DNA from: Eledone cirrhosa
Taxonomy: Eukaryota
Reading direction: 5' to 3'
Assembly (NCBI GenBank): GCA_964016885.1
Contig: OZ024740.1
Coordinates: forward strand, 91,574,001-91,638,000
DNA: 64,000 bases
A program made the translations under genes and the position numbers. This document shows, piece by piece, positions 24,470-39,589 of the stretch (its first letter is position 1; the number at the start of each line of letters is the position of its first letter). The notes under the pieces were generated by a model that saw only the letters and a program-made list of their open reading frames with translations, made no database searches and was not told the origin of the DNA.

Positions 24470-26575
24470 GTATATGCCGCTATTAGATGCAGAACCTTTG
24501 GAATGTTTTACATATTGTTACTTTTCCATTAATGGATGTTACTTGTAATTTTCTAACGAGTTGTGTTCTTTCTGTTTCCGTGCAGCTCAGCTTCTGAAGG
24601 TTTGTACTGGGACAGTTATTAACATATCCTAGTGTCCCAATAATCACAGGCATAAATTTGAAGGTATAATCAGGGTGGATTATCTGCAGATTTCTCATTA
24701 GTTTTGAATAGATATTCTCCTTTTCGCTAATCTTTGATGGCATCTCTGGGCAGTTAACTTGCTAACATGCCTTCTTTTCCCACTCCCATTTGTTTATATC
24801 TGGTCTGCTATGTTTGTATTATATTGGGGTATTTACCGGAACAATCAAACAGTATCTTTCACATTATGTATGCGTATGTGTTCCACATTGCTGCAGGTTT
24901 TAATGTGATTGTGGTCGGGGCTATCATTTGTACAGATTGCATTGTACAGTGTTTTGGCCACTACATCATGCCTCACAGGTAGGTGGTACCGTGATGACAT
25001 CTTTGGACAACATCCTATGACATGGGGACATCTTCGTTGTTAATTCTGCAGAGTCTGCACTTGTTGTCACATCTAGGTCTTTTGCCTGCATCTTTATCTC
25101 TTTTGTGAATCAGATATGTTGTGTTGATTTCCTGTTCAGGGATTGCAAAAGCGTATCTTGCAAACTGAAAGCCAATGTAGCGGTTGTTGATCCAATATAG
25201 ACTACATTGCGTATCTATATTATCCTCACTATGGAGCTTCCTGGCAGCATATCCATGCATAGCATTTTGCTGATAAGCATGCAGTTTTTCATCCGTGGAT
25301 TCATTGCGGCACCGCTGGGCGATTTCCCTGGGTGTGGGGTTTTGATAATCATGCAGGGAGTATATTTCAAGTAGTTCCTTCCCAACTCTCATGATCTTAT
25401 ATGTCTCATGTAGATATACTTGGTCCATATATGGACTCCTACGCTTCTAAGTTTGTAAATGTTATCTGAGGCATATGATGCGATATTCAAATGCAGTCTG
25501 GACTAATGTTAGGCTCCTGCCTCCCTGCTTATGTTTCAAGTAGAGGTGGTCTATGTCACTGTTGATGTGGACGTTCCCGGTGTTGTTTAGAATTGTTCGA
25601 GTTTTAACATCAATTGCTCGGATTTCGTCTATCGTCCAATCGTGTATTCCAAACCTTGGTGTTAGGACAGGCACAGCAAACACATTGTGAGCCACTGTTT
25701 TATTATGCGCAGAGCGTTTCGATGAACATATCTGAATTAATCGGGTGCAATATTCCCTAGTTACGCGTTCCTTATTAAAAATACCATTACATTATATCTT
25801 CTCATCTATCCCCAGATATCTGTAGCTGTTGTCGTCAGATAACGATGAAACAGTTGGACCATTGATAAAAAATGTTGCTAGCTTGGGTTTTACCTTTTCT
25901 ACGCTTTACAGTCATGTATGAACATTTATCTTGGCAAAACTCCGTTCCTATATACTTTGAGAATGTTGTAAGCAGGTCATGATTTTTCTTCATCCCATTT
26001 ATGTTCTTGGTATAGAGTTTCATGTCATCCACAAAGAAATTATGGGTTAAGTTCGCATTTCTATCCTCGTGTCAGTCAATGATGTATCCTTCACATTTCT
26101 TGAGCAGAAAGGACAAGGGGGTTAAGGACAGGATAAAGAGTAGCACACAGAGACTTTCTCATTGAAATATACCCCTGTGATATTCTATTTTATCAGTGAA
26201 AATAGAGTACTCCTTATCTGTTTTTAACTTTAGTATAGTAGCCCAGCTTCTCTATGTCTCAGACAATAATGTCTTAGACATTAGCAAGTCGGAGGGCCTT
26301 TATCATCCAAGAGTGGGGAAGAGAATCAAAAGCTATCCTGTAGTCCAGCCATACTGTAGCCATATTCCTTCTAAGTTGTTGCACCTCCGACATCGCAATT
26401 GTGTTGAGTTGGAGTTGTTATGCAGACCTCCAAACACCTTTCTTTCCAGCTGCTTGTTCATCTATTTTGATGTTGCTATTTTCACAGTGATCCTGGAGAA
26501 ATGTTTTTATGCTGGTTGTATACATCTTATACATCACGTTCTGGCATGCAATGGGTCTGTAGATTTTTGCAAAAT
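24470..26575 (-). mobile_element. R4/Dong-type (restriction-like endonuclease) non-LTR retrotransposon, disrupted
   Basis: FDSLPHSW, GIFQ*ESLCVLLFILSLTPLS, FVDDMKLY, AHNVFAVPVLTPRFG, HINSDIDHLYLKHKQGGR, CRLCRINNEDV, KENIYSKL...PVIIGTLG. Confidence 0.9.
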
Positions 26576-26689
26576 GGATGTCTTTGTATGTATGCAAGTA
26601 TGTATGTATGTGTGTATGTATTTTTGTATGTATGTATATATGTATGTATGTATGTTTATATCCATGTATGCATCTATGCATGCATGTAT

Positions 26690-27160
26690 GGTCACATCGC
26701 TCTCTGGTGCTACTGGGAACATGTAACCCAGTACAAACTGTCTCACGGTCAGATCGTCGGCGACTAAATCGGCAACCACACCAACCTTGCTTGGTGGGAT
26801 GGACAGCCTGTGAGATGAAATACAAGACTAAATAAAGGGCGGAGGAACTCAGCAAGTCAACAGCCATCCAAATAGTAATATTGTTTTAACCTAGGAGTGA
26901 CTGGCCCGCAGTTCTTGTCACAATACCTTTCTAAGAGAGGGAAACTCTGAAAAAAGATCTGTCGCTTCAGAAGCATCCGATGATGTTGACCGGTTGCCCT
27001 TATCGGGTAGTGTTTTCGATGCTCACAGAGTGGGATTGGTCGAGTGCAAGGCCTCTCCCTAGTTAAACATCCTTCAAATCAAAGGCATTATTTGTTCAGG
27101 ATATGTTATAGGTTTGTGTGCCTGGCCGTAGCCTAAGAGTGCAGCGAATTCTATTTCTGA
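26690..27160 (+). mobile_element. Second copy of the 3866-4468 repeat (RTE-related, inferred)
   Basis: GGTGCTACTGGGAACATGTAACCCAGTACAAACTGTCTCACGGTC...GGCGACTAAA...GAAACTCTGA...ATCCGATGATGTTGAC. Confidence 0.6.
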
Positions 27161-27475
27161 TCAAGCGATTTTAGTACTCTTAGCAGAGTTTGCAGCCATC
27201 ATGTATGAATGAATGGATGTATCTACTTCTGGTCGTTGATAAACGCTGTTGGTAACAAGTGACTCAATACAACATGCTCCATGGTCACGTGGGCGGTGAC
27301 TAAATAGCCATCCCTGCCAAATTAGCTTCCTGGAATTGGTGGATTGGGATACTGGGTGGCATGAGAACAAAAACACTTCAAAGTTGCGGAAGAATTCAGA
27401 AGTGTAAACGGCCATCAAATAGTAAGCACCTTTCTACGTGTATGTATATTCATAGATATACAAATATGTTCATGC

Positions 27476-27518
<43 letters not shown>

Positions 27519-27613
27519 CCTGCCAATTAAACGTTTGGAGGGCTAACTATATCGTATTGTGTGGATAATTGGATGTATTATTTTATATGAGATATATTAA
27601 AGATCTCATGTAA

Positions 27614-27676
<63 letters not shown>

Positions 27677-30600
27677 AGTGAATATATGAGGGATGAACAC
27701 CTATATAAATATACATGTTTTCGAATTGCAAATGTCCAAGTTAGCTATGTTAAAACATACTAATTTAACAGAATATGGTTTGCCTCTCTCGATTTAAAAT
27801 ATTACATCAATAAAAATAACAAACCTATATTGGCAAAACACACACGATACTGTTTTAAAGATTAAACTTGTAAGATCAAACATGCGAAGTACACTAAACA
27901 TTATGTTCATTCTCAAGGGAAATATCTTAAATCGGTTTTGATTACTAGAGGTTGAACATGTGGTGTCTCGGCTTAGTTGCATGAAACTTCTCAAAATTGC
28001 TATGTATCGTACTTTTAATAGGGTCGCTTCCGATTACACACAAACTATACAGTCTATGTTCCCTTTCTGATTGACTATTTATGGGATCATGTGGAACAAA
28101 CATAGCTTTGAATACAATGAATGGTGTTGTGATCAAGCTTTCCGTTCAATATAATCGAATATTCTTCCTTTGTCATGTAATTAAAGAGTGGTTTCTTGAT
28201 TCAGGTGAATAATGGTAAGCATGTGTGCACTTTGAATATTTTCATTCTCAGCTTTGGTGTAAGTACGAATCACATAGACATTTCATATGCGTTCCACGGA
28301 TAGACAACGCATTACCGTTAAACGGAAACTTATTCACAAACATTTGACGTCGTCCATAAAGAAGCATATATCGAATGATTCGCTCGGAAAAAAAATTAGT
28401 AGTACGGTAATATAAGAGTATTTAATCTGAATGCATGGATCGTGAAGAACCTATTTGTTGCCAATTTATGTAAACGGTACAATCAGTAACAAACATTGTG
28501 GTAATAGAAAAAAGAGCAACGGCGTGTACACATATATTTGCTATACTAACGCATTATGCAAAACTATCACTCCAAACACGAATGCGAAGAATATTTGCAG
28601 TGAATGTAGATGTAATGATACATGTTTAATTCATGTCACGATCGTCTATAACGCAGTAACAATATAATATAATATATTTCAAGAGTGGTACCTGAGCCAT
28701 TTTATATTTTAGCAGGATGAAATCATAAAATATACCTATTCTTATTCGCATTAATTATTGATGCCTAAACTGTTTCGATGTAGAAAAAAAAACACGTGTA
28801 CCAACGGGCGTACCACCAAATATATTAGGGTTATTTTCTGTCTAGCGAATGAAAGAATTATGAGATTTTCTTCTGATATATACATTTATACTAGAGATAC
28901 AAAAAGAACAGTGACGGTGAGAGAGAAAACTTCCTTATTCTGTATAACATTAGCACAAGGTATAAAGTTAATTCATAATTCCTTTAAAATCATTGCGAGC
29001 ATGAAGGTTCATTAACTGTAGCACCAGGCACACATGCGCACCAGACACACACACAATTATCCCTAGATGCTACGCCATTCTTCAAATATTTAATTCCACA
29101 AGCCTGAAACCGACGCTCCATCATAACAATACAGAGCTGAAGTGATTTAAGATGTTTAAACAAAAAAAGAAAGAATTGGCACGTGTTTCACCAAATCCTC
29201 AAACCAGAAATTAGACCTGGTGAATGTATGAAGATCGTTTAATTTAACCAATGACAAGAGGAGTGGTGTGAGTAGTAAACAAATTACCATTAATATAAAA
29301 ACAAACCAAACCTATTCACAAAGTGGATATCTAAATATAACTAAATATCTCTAAATCCAGTTAAAAACATTTTAAATCGAAGTACATTTTCCATATTTTC
29401 TTTGATGCGCTATCACTCGAAATGAGATATTAATTGAATGGTATAAACGAGATTTAGCTCATGTCTGCTCGTTAGGAGTTACCCTTTCAAAATAAATATA
29501 AAAAAACAACAAAACTACTGTAATCATACCAGGTGTTTCATATCAAACAAAACAAACGTAACCCCAAGTACTGAAATCAGATGACGCACTAAATAAAATA
29601 ACGTTGATATCACGCGCAATAACATATGATATGTCTCTTATTATGAAGTTGTTATCAGAGACAGTCGCTTAAATATTACGAGCAGCGAAACATATTATCA
29701 AAAGACCGTACTAAAATGAAAAGCCGTATATCTAGTTTCATTGGGATAAAATATATGCTTATTTTATCATATAACATAATGAGACAAACTGAAACCACGT
29801 AACGTGTTTCCATAAACTATATAAGCAATTCAACATATTGCGTCAGCGATGTCATACGAATTCCTTATTTTCCAATCAATTCTAATGTACACCCTAAAGT
29901 GGGATATGCCACTGGTTATATGTAAGCGCACATATATGTTTCATTTCTTCAACAAAAATCACGGTAAATTGAAATTAAAGATATGATATACAACACAGAC
30001 ATTTTCAACTGAGACAGGACTAATAAAAGAAAAATCCATTGTTTTCTAATGTATATCTGTGTTCTAAATATATAATATTGCAAATTATATGATATATTGA
30101 ACTCAATTGAGTATTGAGCTCAGTGATTTTGAATGAAAAGACATATGCAGATATAGATAGAAAATGTTATACAACGATATACAAGAAAATAAGACAGAAA
30201 TCCCAGTCATTTCCACTTATAACATATTCGATTGATATAATCAAATTATGTATCAGATCTCATTTTAATGGAATATTTGATATAATTTGGGGCCATCTAA
30301 CATTATAGCGCTTCGATAATTACGGTTGAAAATCCTATATTAGAGGGCATTGTTGAAGTTAAATACAAAGTGGCAAGAGAAACCTCACAAATAAAAATTG
30401 ATCTCATTTAATATCTGAAACTAATGTCCTGAAAAACATTTTATATTACTTCGAGTAACTAAAAAAGTGCAATTAGTATTTCAGTGGGGCGAAAACATAT
30501 TGTCTCATGGAAAATGTCACATCAGGTTAGTTATTCATGACCGAGCGATAACACTACAGAAATTCTATATTTATTGCAGAGTTTATGCAGTTGCACAGAG

Positions 30601-33600
30601 AAAGTGACTAGCTCTACTTTACATGACTTTATGTCAGATTGAATTATTAAATGATACTTTTCACATCGCAAAATACACAAAAAAGGTTCTGTGTAAAGAG
30701 GACTTTTTTGCGTTATGATTTTAATGTAGAAAAAGTAATCGCTTAATGATAAAATATTTTCATATCGAGAGCATGATATTCATAGAAAGCAACCTACAAT
30801 GTATATCTCTTTTCGTAGGTATGTATGTGAGTAAATACATCGCAAGGCCTCCAGATCAATGCAGGTTAGCACAACATGACCCATGTCTTCTGTTTAGGTT
30901 TTCCTATCATCATTTGAATTATTCCTTTCAAATATAATTGCTGCAATGAAATGCCCAGAATTAAATCTAATAGCATAAATAAATATACTTTTAGGTTGAT
31001 AACCACTTACAATATGACAAATATTGTATATTTATTAAACAACACCAATGTATGCTGTGTCTAACAATGTTTTGCGTAGCTGAATGTTTATAAAATCAAT
31101 TTTTTTCGAAGAACGATTTACTGCATCCCTGGCATTAGTAAACTCGTAAAGACCACAAAGCAACTCGTGTAAAATATTATAAACACTGAAACAATTAATT
31201 TGAAATCTATGAAATATTTTCATAACTAAACCGATAGGCAAATAAAAATAATCCTATAAAACTACGTAAAACATTAAACATATATTTAATTCATATTCAT
31301 TTTGTATAAACTCCAAACCGGCAGGCTTTGTAAAATGAAACATTAGGTTTGTCTTCAAATCTTTACTTCTTTAACTCTGTAAAGTGGTTTGTAGTAAAGT
31401 CATTAATCGTTACGATCTATGAACATTTCAACCATTTCTTCTTCTTCTTCTTCTTCTTCTTCTTCTTCTTCTTCTTCCCAGACAATCAGTCCACATGACC
31501 ATAATATCTGGGCTGTGATCTTTCAATTCGGAAAAGTAGTGGTACTAGGTGGAGCGACGCCCTGATGTCTGATCCACGGACTCTGTCGGGTAACGTTACT
31601 ACAAATACCCTTCATTCTGACTCCCATCACGCTTGGCCACGGCTCTGACATACTTGAATATATGTTGCAAAATTAACAGGAACAATTGTTTAAATGTCAT
31701 TAAAGATATAAATGGCAAGTTGATAGTGATGAAAATGTACAGGTTTATCGTAGTATGCATACAGCACGGACAGAAGCCAATGTTTTAATGAAGGAGGTTC
31801 AGGGATCGACAAGGTTTCAAAAGAAAGTCATTAATACGGCGTTTTCTTCGCAGCCTCAATATTATATATATTTGTGATTTTAAGATATTTTGTTTGAATT
31901 TCGATATCGAAGGTAGTTTAAGTATGATTTGTGTCGGGATTATTTCATGACTGGCTTGACATCGGGCATGATATATGAATATAATTGTAACCTGCATTCT
32001 TAGGAAATATTGGTAAACATTTCACTATATGTTGGTGCCGTTTCTGTCGCTAGCATGGGTAGCATACATTATCTTTTAGAGATTGCTGATTGGATATGAT
32101 CGCAATCGATGTTCCTGCTCACCGAAACGTATGGTTTTCACTTTACTTTCAAATGGTAAGTTTGTTGGGGCGGGGAGTATGTGTCTCGGCTTTATTTCCT
32201 TTTGAAGGCTGCAGTCCATTACCTGAGGTATGGCTGGATGATTTCCATCATGTTAGTTTATTATGACACGTTTATTTTCATTTATATTGTATATATCAGT
32301 GATTATATACGGGGCTTTTCAGGTTGTGTATTAATTTATATTAGTTCAATAATAAGTCATATATTTTCATGTTAATATAGATTTGTACATTTATATACTA
32401 TGGTATGGGGTATGACTACTGCATTTTTCCTGCTTGATCTCTGGATAAGTAGTGCTTATATCGTAGTATATATCGACTTCCCACCGATAGAGTATTAGGC
32501 GTGGGGGATTATTGTTAAACTAGATGGAACGTTTCTAAAAAAAAATCAAATATAATCCCAAAGCATGTCATAGATTGCAAGCATCATACCCTATTCAGTA
32601 TTAGAAATATTTAGCCGAAATTGTTTGATTTAACATCTATATTTCAAATGATCATCACGAATAGGAACATAATGAAAGTAGCATCTCAGTATATACAAAT
32701 GAACATTAACTCGTGATTTTTCAGCATATCTATGATGTATTTCTTTTAATAATATTTCGGGTTCATATATAAATATAATCCTTTCAATTGAAGATATTGA
32801 ACCTGCCTGATAATTAAAGTTAAAGATTTAACATTTAGTTACTATAGCACACTTGTTTCGTATGAAGTGCCCATAAATGTATTTGTTGTTTCCCTAAAAC
32901 AACGCACCCAAACGATAGATCCTGAACCTAACGAGGTTTCCTAAATGTCCATTCAAGATTTGTCAAAGCTAATTTAACATAACTGTTAGAAAACTTCATT
33001 ATATGTGACCGTCAACTTCGTAATCTTTCTTCATGGACATTTATCACAAATATTATAGAACGGTTGAAATATTTAGAACGCACTCCGTCGCCTCATCTGC
33101 TGTAAAAATCAGAACTACATTGTAATGTATTGGTTGTATCAGCAATGTATTTCATCAAATCAAAGAGAATAATCAAATCGAGCTGGTAGGTCAAATGTTA
33201 AATATTAACCCAAGAGAGATAAAACGGAAAGTACGAATTCAGAATATCCAATGTAATAGATACATACTAATATAGAAAAAATTAGATTGTAAACTTCAAA
33301 GGTGAAATAATTGAAATACACTTGGATCATAGAAACGTGTGGACACTTCAAAATGAACGAAATACAAAATCATGTAACAGAGGAAAACTGGAAATGCAGC
33401 ATTTTACAGGACGTAGTTTCAGAGATAGCGCAGTGGATTACGTAAAGTGTTCGGATGCAATCAAATTGAGATTATTGAAATAAACTAAAGAAAAAAAAGT
33501 AAATCCGAAATCGTTTATTCTGTGGGACGATAAACCTTCCAGGTAAACCTTCCTAACATTTTTTCCTGTTTTACATGTGAAAGACTATTCTATATGTTAC

Positions 33601-34117
33601 GTAAATCCATTTTATTTCAAAGGGTATTAGAAATGTAGCAAATGTGTTTGATATATAGTGAGAGTAAAGGCGAAATTAAATTTTAACCAACAACAAAACA
33701 CACAGTAGCAGAAGATGTTCCTGCTCCAAAGAAAATATGTCTTGACACGTCGCAGATCCTGTTTGCATTGTAGCAATGTTTGAGAGTGTTTCCGCTGGAG
33801 CCACATACGTTATAAACAATTCAAAGGTACTTTTATTTTAAATAACATCAGAGTCCAAATAATTAACTTTCGTTTCAGTGTTAAACTGGTGATTATTTTC
33901 ATAATATTAAGTATGTTGCTTTGAACGGATTTGTGGTTATATTTGTGGTTCTAATTTGCTGAGGTGTTTAGTCGGCAAAATTTCGTCCCAATAATATAGG
34001 GAATATTTTTATAATATACTCCATTTAATGGAAAATGTGTGCCATTATCTTTAACGTTCCATGTATGGTTTACGAGCTGGATTGCACTTTTTTTTATCAG
34101 GATGACTGATACAGGTA

Positions 34118-34800
34118 TATACGAGATGTGTCAGAAAAGGAATAGGCAAAAGCTTTTAAAAAGCTACACATTTTGTATTCCAAATCATCCTCCTCGCATC
34201 TAACGCATTTTCCCCAACTTTCTCGGCCACGCGCCTGTGGCATCCTGGAATCATTCTCTCGAGATACTTATCAGCTTCGTCAACCCGAACCTCAGTATGG
34301 CTTCTTCATCCATAAAAATGTGTCTTACTCGAAGAAACATGACACATTTTTGATCATGATTGTCCCCAGCAAGCCTGGTTCAGTTTCCAATCGGTCTAGA
34401 AGGTCGTGGCATACTTGCCTACCAATCCCCCTCTGGCCAACGTTCAGCTGCTTCGGCATCATCTTCACGCATATCTTGATCAGGCTCAAGTCTTCGTTGA
34501 TAATCTTCCAAACGCTGTCACGGTCCATGCCCAGCTCACATCCGACCAGTCAAACCTTCAGCCGACGATCGCCATACACCACATGCCTCAGGCGCTCAAC
34601 GTTAAACCCCTGAATTTCACGTTGAAAGCCTTCCACCCACGTGATCTTCTTACACCTATCATTCCACTCGGAAAACCGTGAACCTGACACCCTGTCATCT
34701 CTGTACGCTTGCTGAATTATTTCGAGTGCCTCTGAATCTACATTTCATTATTTAAACTTTTCTTTATATTTACTGCTCAGTGCAGGCTACATTACTCAGA
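34118..34800 (-). mobile_element. Tc1/mariner transposon, internally deleted pseudogene
   Basis: EALEIIQQAYRDDRVSGSRFSEW, VYGDRRLKV, SVWKIINEDLSLIKICVKMMPKQL (WVP-like), C-terminal WGKCV; TA-CGAG ITR-like end at 34118. Confidence 0.85.
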
Positions 34801-35544
34801 CATTATAGTGCAAAACATTTCACTATGCAAATATGTTTTAGTATGTATAAAACTATCAACATTTAAAGGTTTTGAACATTTAAAAGAAAAAGAATCAAAC
34901 CTGCCGCTCGTACAACAGCACAATTTAGAAAGAAATATGCGATAATTAGATAATTATTATAGATTATATAAAAAAAAAGCTACAAAACAGAAGTTGACCA
35001 TTGCACTGCTAGCATTTGAAATGATACATATTAGTTTTACTTCTCTTTAAAAATGTCATTATATTTCTGAACCAGGTTAAGGCATCTCAGAAAAAGTAAA
35101 CGGAGAAATATTATTTAAATATACAAATGAAAAAAAAAGTAAAGTATCATAGGGACAATAATATTCACTGCTTCTAATTTTGACTTTCTAACCATATGCC
35201 ACATTACCGCAGATAGATCTAAATTTATCGCTAATAAACTGTTACGCATTTTTTAAATTGGAAAATTTTACACTGAATTAGAAAATCAAACCTTATGATT
35301 ATGTTTTTATTCTTGACTTTTTCCTTCATAATTGATGTTGCGTTTCCAATTTTGACTTTTCAGAAATATAAAATCAATATGAAACTATATTCCAGTTAAA
35401 TGAATAAGTAAATGTATATAAAAACAGAACAAGTTTATTCGAAAATGATTTAAAACAAAATTTAAAATAATTATCAGATATCAGAAATAAATATGTATTT
35501 AGGTATGCATATATTATAAATACATGTAAATATACAAACATATG

Positions 35545-35765
<221 letters not shown>

Positions 35766-36558
35766 GAATGCGGTCTGAAGTCATATGTGCTTATGAGCCA
35801 GTTTAAGGGTTATAATATATGTACATTCGTCTAAACAGATGCTAGTCCATGTTTATAAGAATCTGTGTAAAATATATATTTAGAGATGTGTGGAAACTAA
35901 TGTATGGTCCTGCGTTCATAAACTATTAATCAATATATACACCATTACACACAAACCAAACTTGATATATACTTATTTAAACAAGCGCACACATTCATGC
36001 AGAGTTATGTGCGTAGTTTTCATATCACATGTAACGATATATGATTGGAAGTAAATTATATTAAGTAAGGTATGCTGAATACTCTTACAACGTTTTTGTA
36101 TTGCACACATTTCAAACTGAGCATTACCGAATTATATATACGTCATATCGCAATAAATATATGTATAAAAATTTAATCTTAAAATAATTCTCTGAATCAT
36201 TTATGAATACACGTCCGGTATTATGAATTCGTAAAATATTTCGATACTTTTTAGTTTGTTTTTTGTTCAACGCAGTAGAAAGGATTATGAAGGGAGTGAC
36301 AACAATTTAGGGAAAGCGTGAGAGGAGGTAGGAAGCAAATATCAGGTCACTAGTGACAATTTTAGAGATGATAGCAGAAGCAAAATCTCGAAACGTGTGG
36401 ATTGTGCACAACTATATGGAAATCTAGTTTTCGGGCTTAATGTGAAAAATTAACACCTCGGATGTGAAAGAATAATCACTATTGTGACTCAATTAGATTT
36501 AATGTTGAAATATTCTCCGTTTCTGATGATTGATACTGTACGATCTCCATATGTGATA

Positions 36559-36750
36559 TAATTGTTTCTACTTTAGGCACAGGGCCAGCAATTACCCAGT
36601 ACATTACTGCTACTTTATGTTATCAACCCCGTAAGGATGAAAGGCAAGTTAACCTCGGTGGGATTTTAACTCAGACTGTAAAGGAACGTAACTATGCTAG
36701 AAAGCATGGCGTCCGATCCTCTACCGATACTGTCAATCCACCGCCCATTA
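36559..36750 (-). mobile_element. SINE, same family as 5098, one of the longest copies
   Basis: Reverse complement of the 9355-9545 copy. Confidence 0.9.
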
Positions 36751-36852
36751 TATGTGATATAATATTTTCTTTGAATATCTGGCCTGTTCCCTGAAAGAAT
36801 TAATTTGCATATAAATATAGTAGTTAAACTTCTATTTTTTCTTTCGTCCTTT

Positions 36853-37206
36853 ACTATTATCATCACCATTTTTACCACCAATACCATCATCACTACTACT
36901 ACCATAATTACTACCATAACCACTACCATTACCAACAATATTGTCACCATCACTACCACCACCACTACCACGAACACTCCGACCACCACTAAAATTAGTA
37001 CTATCAACACAAACACTAGTACTACTATTATCAGCACAACCGCTACTACTACTAAGCATTCTACTACCACCATCACTACTAGTACTGGTACTTCTAAAAA
37101 TATTACCATCACCATCACCACTATACCTACAACTACTACCACCAATACTATAACTATTACTACTTCCACCATTACCACAATTGCCGCCACTACCACCATC
37201 TACTAT
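36853..37206. repeat. Degenerate (ACT/ACC/ATC)n trinucleotide low-complexity tract
   Basis: Direct reading; gives Thr-rich and Val-rich pseudo-ORFs on both strands. Confidence 0.9.
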
Positions 37207-37537
37207 AGAAGTTAGAAAGAGAGTGAGGGAGTGTGGTAAAGATATACACAGATACACATTCTTAAAATACCGAGAGAGACATATATATATAGAGAGAGAG
37301 GTATTTTGACAGTTGCTGATTCTTATCTTATTGTATATTTGGAATCTAAATTTGATATATTTATTGTAACAATTTTATTTTTTGATAACAAAAAACCGAA
37401 AAACATTCTCATCAGGACGCAGATTACGAAAATGTAAACACTTGTTCTCAATGATACAACTTATCGGAGACTTTCAGAGACATAGACATATAGACACATA
37501 CAATACCGTTTATAGTATGTATATGTACATATACACG

Positions 37538-37674
<137 letters not shown>

Positions 37675-37677
37675 TAT

Positions 37678-38362
37678 ATGTAGTAATGAACACAGTAAAT
37701 TGAAATGTCTAAAATTACGAGGGTTGAAATACCACATTGGTTTGACAAATCTAACCTGAGTCAAACGGTAAATATAGGATAAATATACAGACCGTCTCTA
37801 TAACTATTTCATCTCTCGGACAGATTAGTCACTCAGTGTTTATACTTTGAGCTTGTTAATTACAGGGTATCAGTATGCGTTAGTAACTCTGAATTTTATT
37901 TGTATTTCGGCTCCCTAACTACGTGAGCTTATAAGTTGGGCGTATTAAGGCTATTGGTTTTAGCATATCCATTCACACCACTTCTGACGTCCAACGCACG
38001 AGGCGAAATATTCACTCTTGTGGCTTTTAGTTGTATGTGTTCTTCGCATTTGATCTAATCTCCTGCTGAGGAATGCCTACGGATTATCTGTTAAAAACAC
38101 AATATTCAGGGCGAAACAGATTAAATATTTAATCTGTCAGAGAGATGAAATAGTTATTGAGACGGTCTGTATATTTATTCTATATTTTCCGTGTGCTTCG
38201 GTTAAATTTGTCAAACCAATGTGGTATTTCAACCCTCGTAATTTTAGACACACAATTTACTGTGTTTATTGCTGCATATATTGTTATATACTGCTCAGTA
38301 TTTATATGTTGTGCTTGTTAATTACAGGGTATCAATATGAGTTAGTAACTCTGATTATTATT
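37678..38362 (+). mobile_element. PLE-type terminal-repeat remnant: ~150 bp inverted arm (37678-37828 versus 38130-38280) plus ~50 bp direct repeat (37852-37900 versus 38313-38362)
   Basis: GTCTAAAATTACGAGGGTTGAAATACCACATTGGTTTGACAAAT is inverted at 38206-38249; GCTTGTTAATTACAGGGTATCA.TATG.GTTAGTAACTCTGA occurs twice. Confidence 0.8.
38058..38146 (+). ncRNA. Type I hammerhead motif with long palindromic stem III
   Basis: ATCTCCTG-CTGAGGA-atGCCT...GGGC-GAAAC-AGATTAAATATTTAATCT-GTC-AGAGAGAT; stems I and II are imperfect. Confidence 0.7.
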
Positions 38363-38369
38363 TATATAT

Positions 38370-38402
<33 letters not shown>

Positions 38403-38403
38403 T

Positions 38404-38480
<77 letters not shown>

Positions 38481-38484
38481 CATA

Positions 38485-39480
38485 TCGGTTAAAAACCATT
38501 AGTATTAACATACAAATCCTCCATTCAACATATACAAAACTCATGTTCTCTAAGTACTTGATCCACTGAACCTCTTCTATTTCACATATATGAATGTCAA
38601 CATCCTAAGTTGTGACGTAGTAAGAGTGATGGAGATTGTATACCGTAAAATTTGTATAACATAACATTTAGAGAGACACATACAACACTTAATCCGCCTC
38701 ATACATTTCCCTGGCTACAACCAGGGATCCAGAATCAGGATGTATAAATAAACCAAGCTCAAACAAAGAAAGATTGTAGAAAATAATTGGATGGTATTGA
38801 AGCAAATTTTGGAATATGATAGAGAGAACATAGAAGAAATATAGGATCGATATGTGGTATGACAAAAACAAATGCTTACAGATTTTGAAGGGCTTTTGAC
38901 AAAATATGAAGTATTATTTAAATGGTAAAAAAACCATATATTCCTATAAAAAGCTCTAATTAGTAGACCATTTTGAGAACTTTTGAGAAAATCTCCTGCA
39001 CTGATAAAAATATGTACTTTGCAAATAAGTCTAAACATTTGCTGCGAAACTAGGAACGTAATATGTAACATAAGATTGTAAGGAGAGACAGTGCAAGGAT
39101 AGGACTACGATTTATATAAAGCAGACAAACCGTAGCGTACTAGAAATTATAAAAAAAATACTGGTGGGAACTCCGAGATGGGGGAAAAAAAACTCTTCAA
39201 TACATCACTAACATGTAAGAATGAAACACGGGGTCTCACAAGAGAACATCGAGATACAAATCATACCTGCACACAAAACTGAGGCAATGTTTAGACAGTT
39301 GAGAGAAGCGATAATCATAAACGAACTCCAAACAAAACTAAAGAAATACTTGAGTGGAATAGCAACATCCTCAGAACATGTAACTAAGGACAAGAAAATG
39401 GCATACGGAGATACACGGAAACTAAAATAACTAAAAAAAAAAGACAAATTCAGATAGAACAATCAACCAATGATTGACAA
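38485..39480 (+). mobile_element. Highly decayed PLE fragment, same family as 59000-60960
   Basis: GAGAGACACATACAACACTT.ATCC and GGTTA.AAACCATTA.TA match the reverse complement of 59.70-59.91 kb. CATAAA.GAACTCCAA.CAAAA...GA.TGGAATA.CAACATC matches 60.65-60.70 kb. Confidence 0.65.
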
Positions 39481-39589
39481 GGAAATAAATGTATTAATAT
39501 ATAAACAAATGAATATATATATGTGTACTATATGTATATATATATATATATATGTATATATAAATAGAGAGAAAGAGAGAGATAGAGAG

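Noticed and set aside
36666-37257. Mucin-like Thr-rich and Val-rich ORFs
   Set aside because: Degenerate trinucleotide tract open in several frames on both strands.
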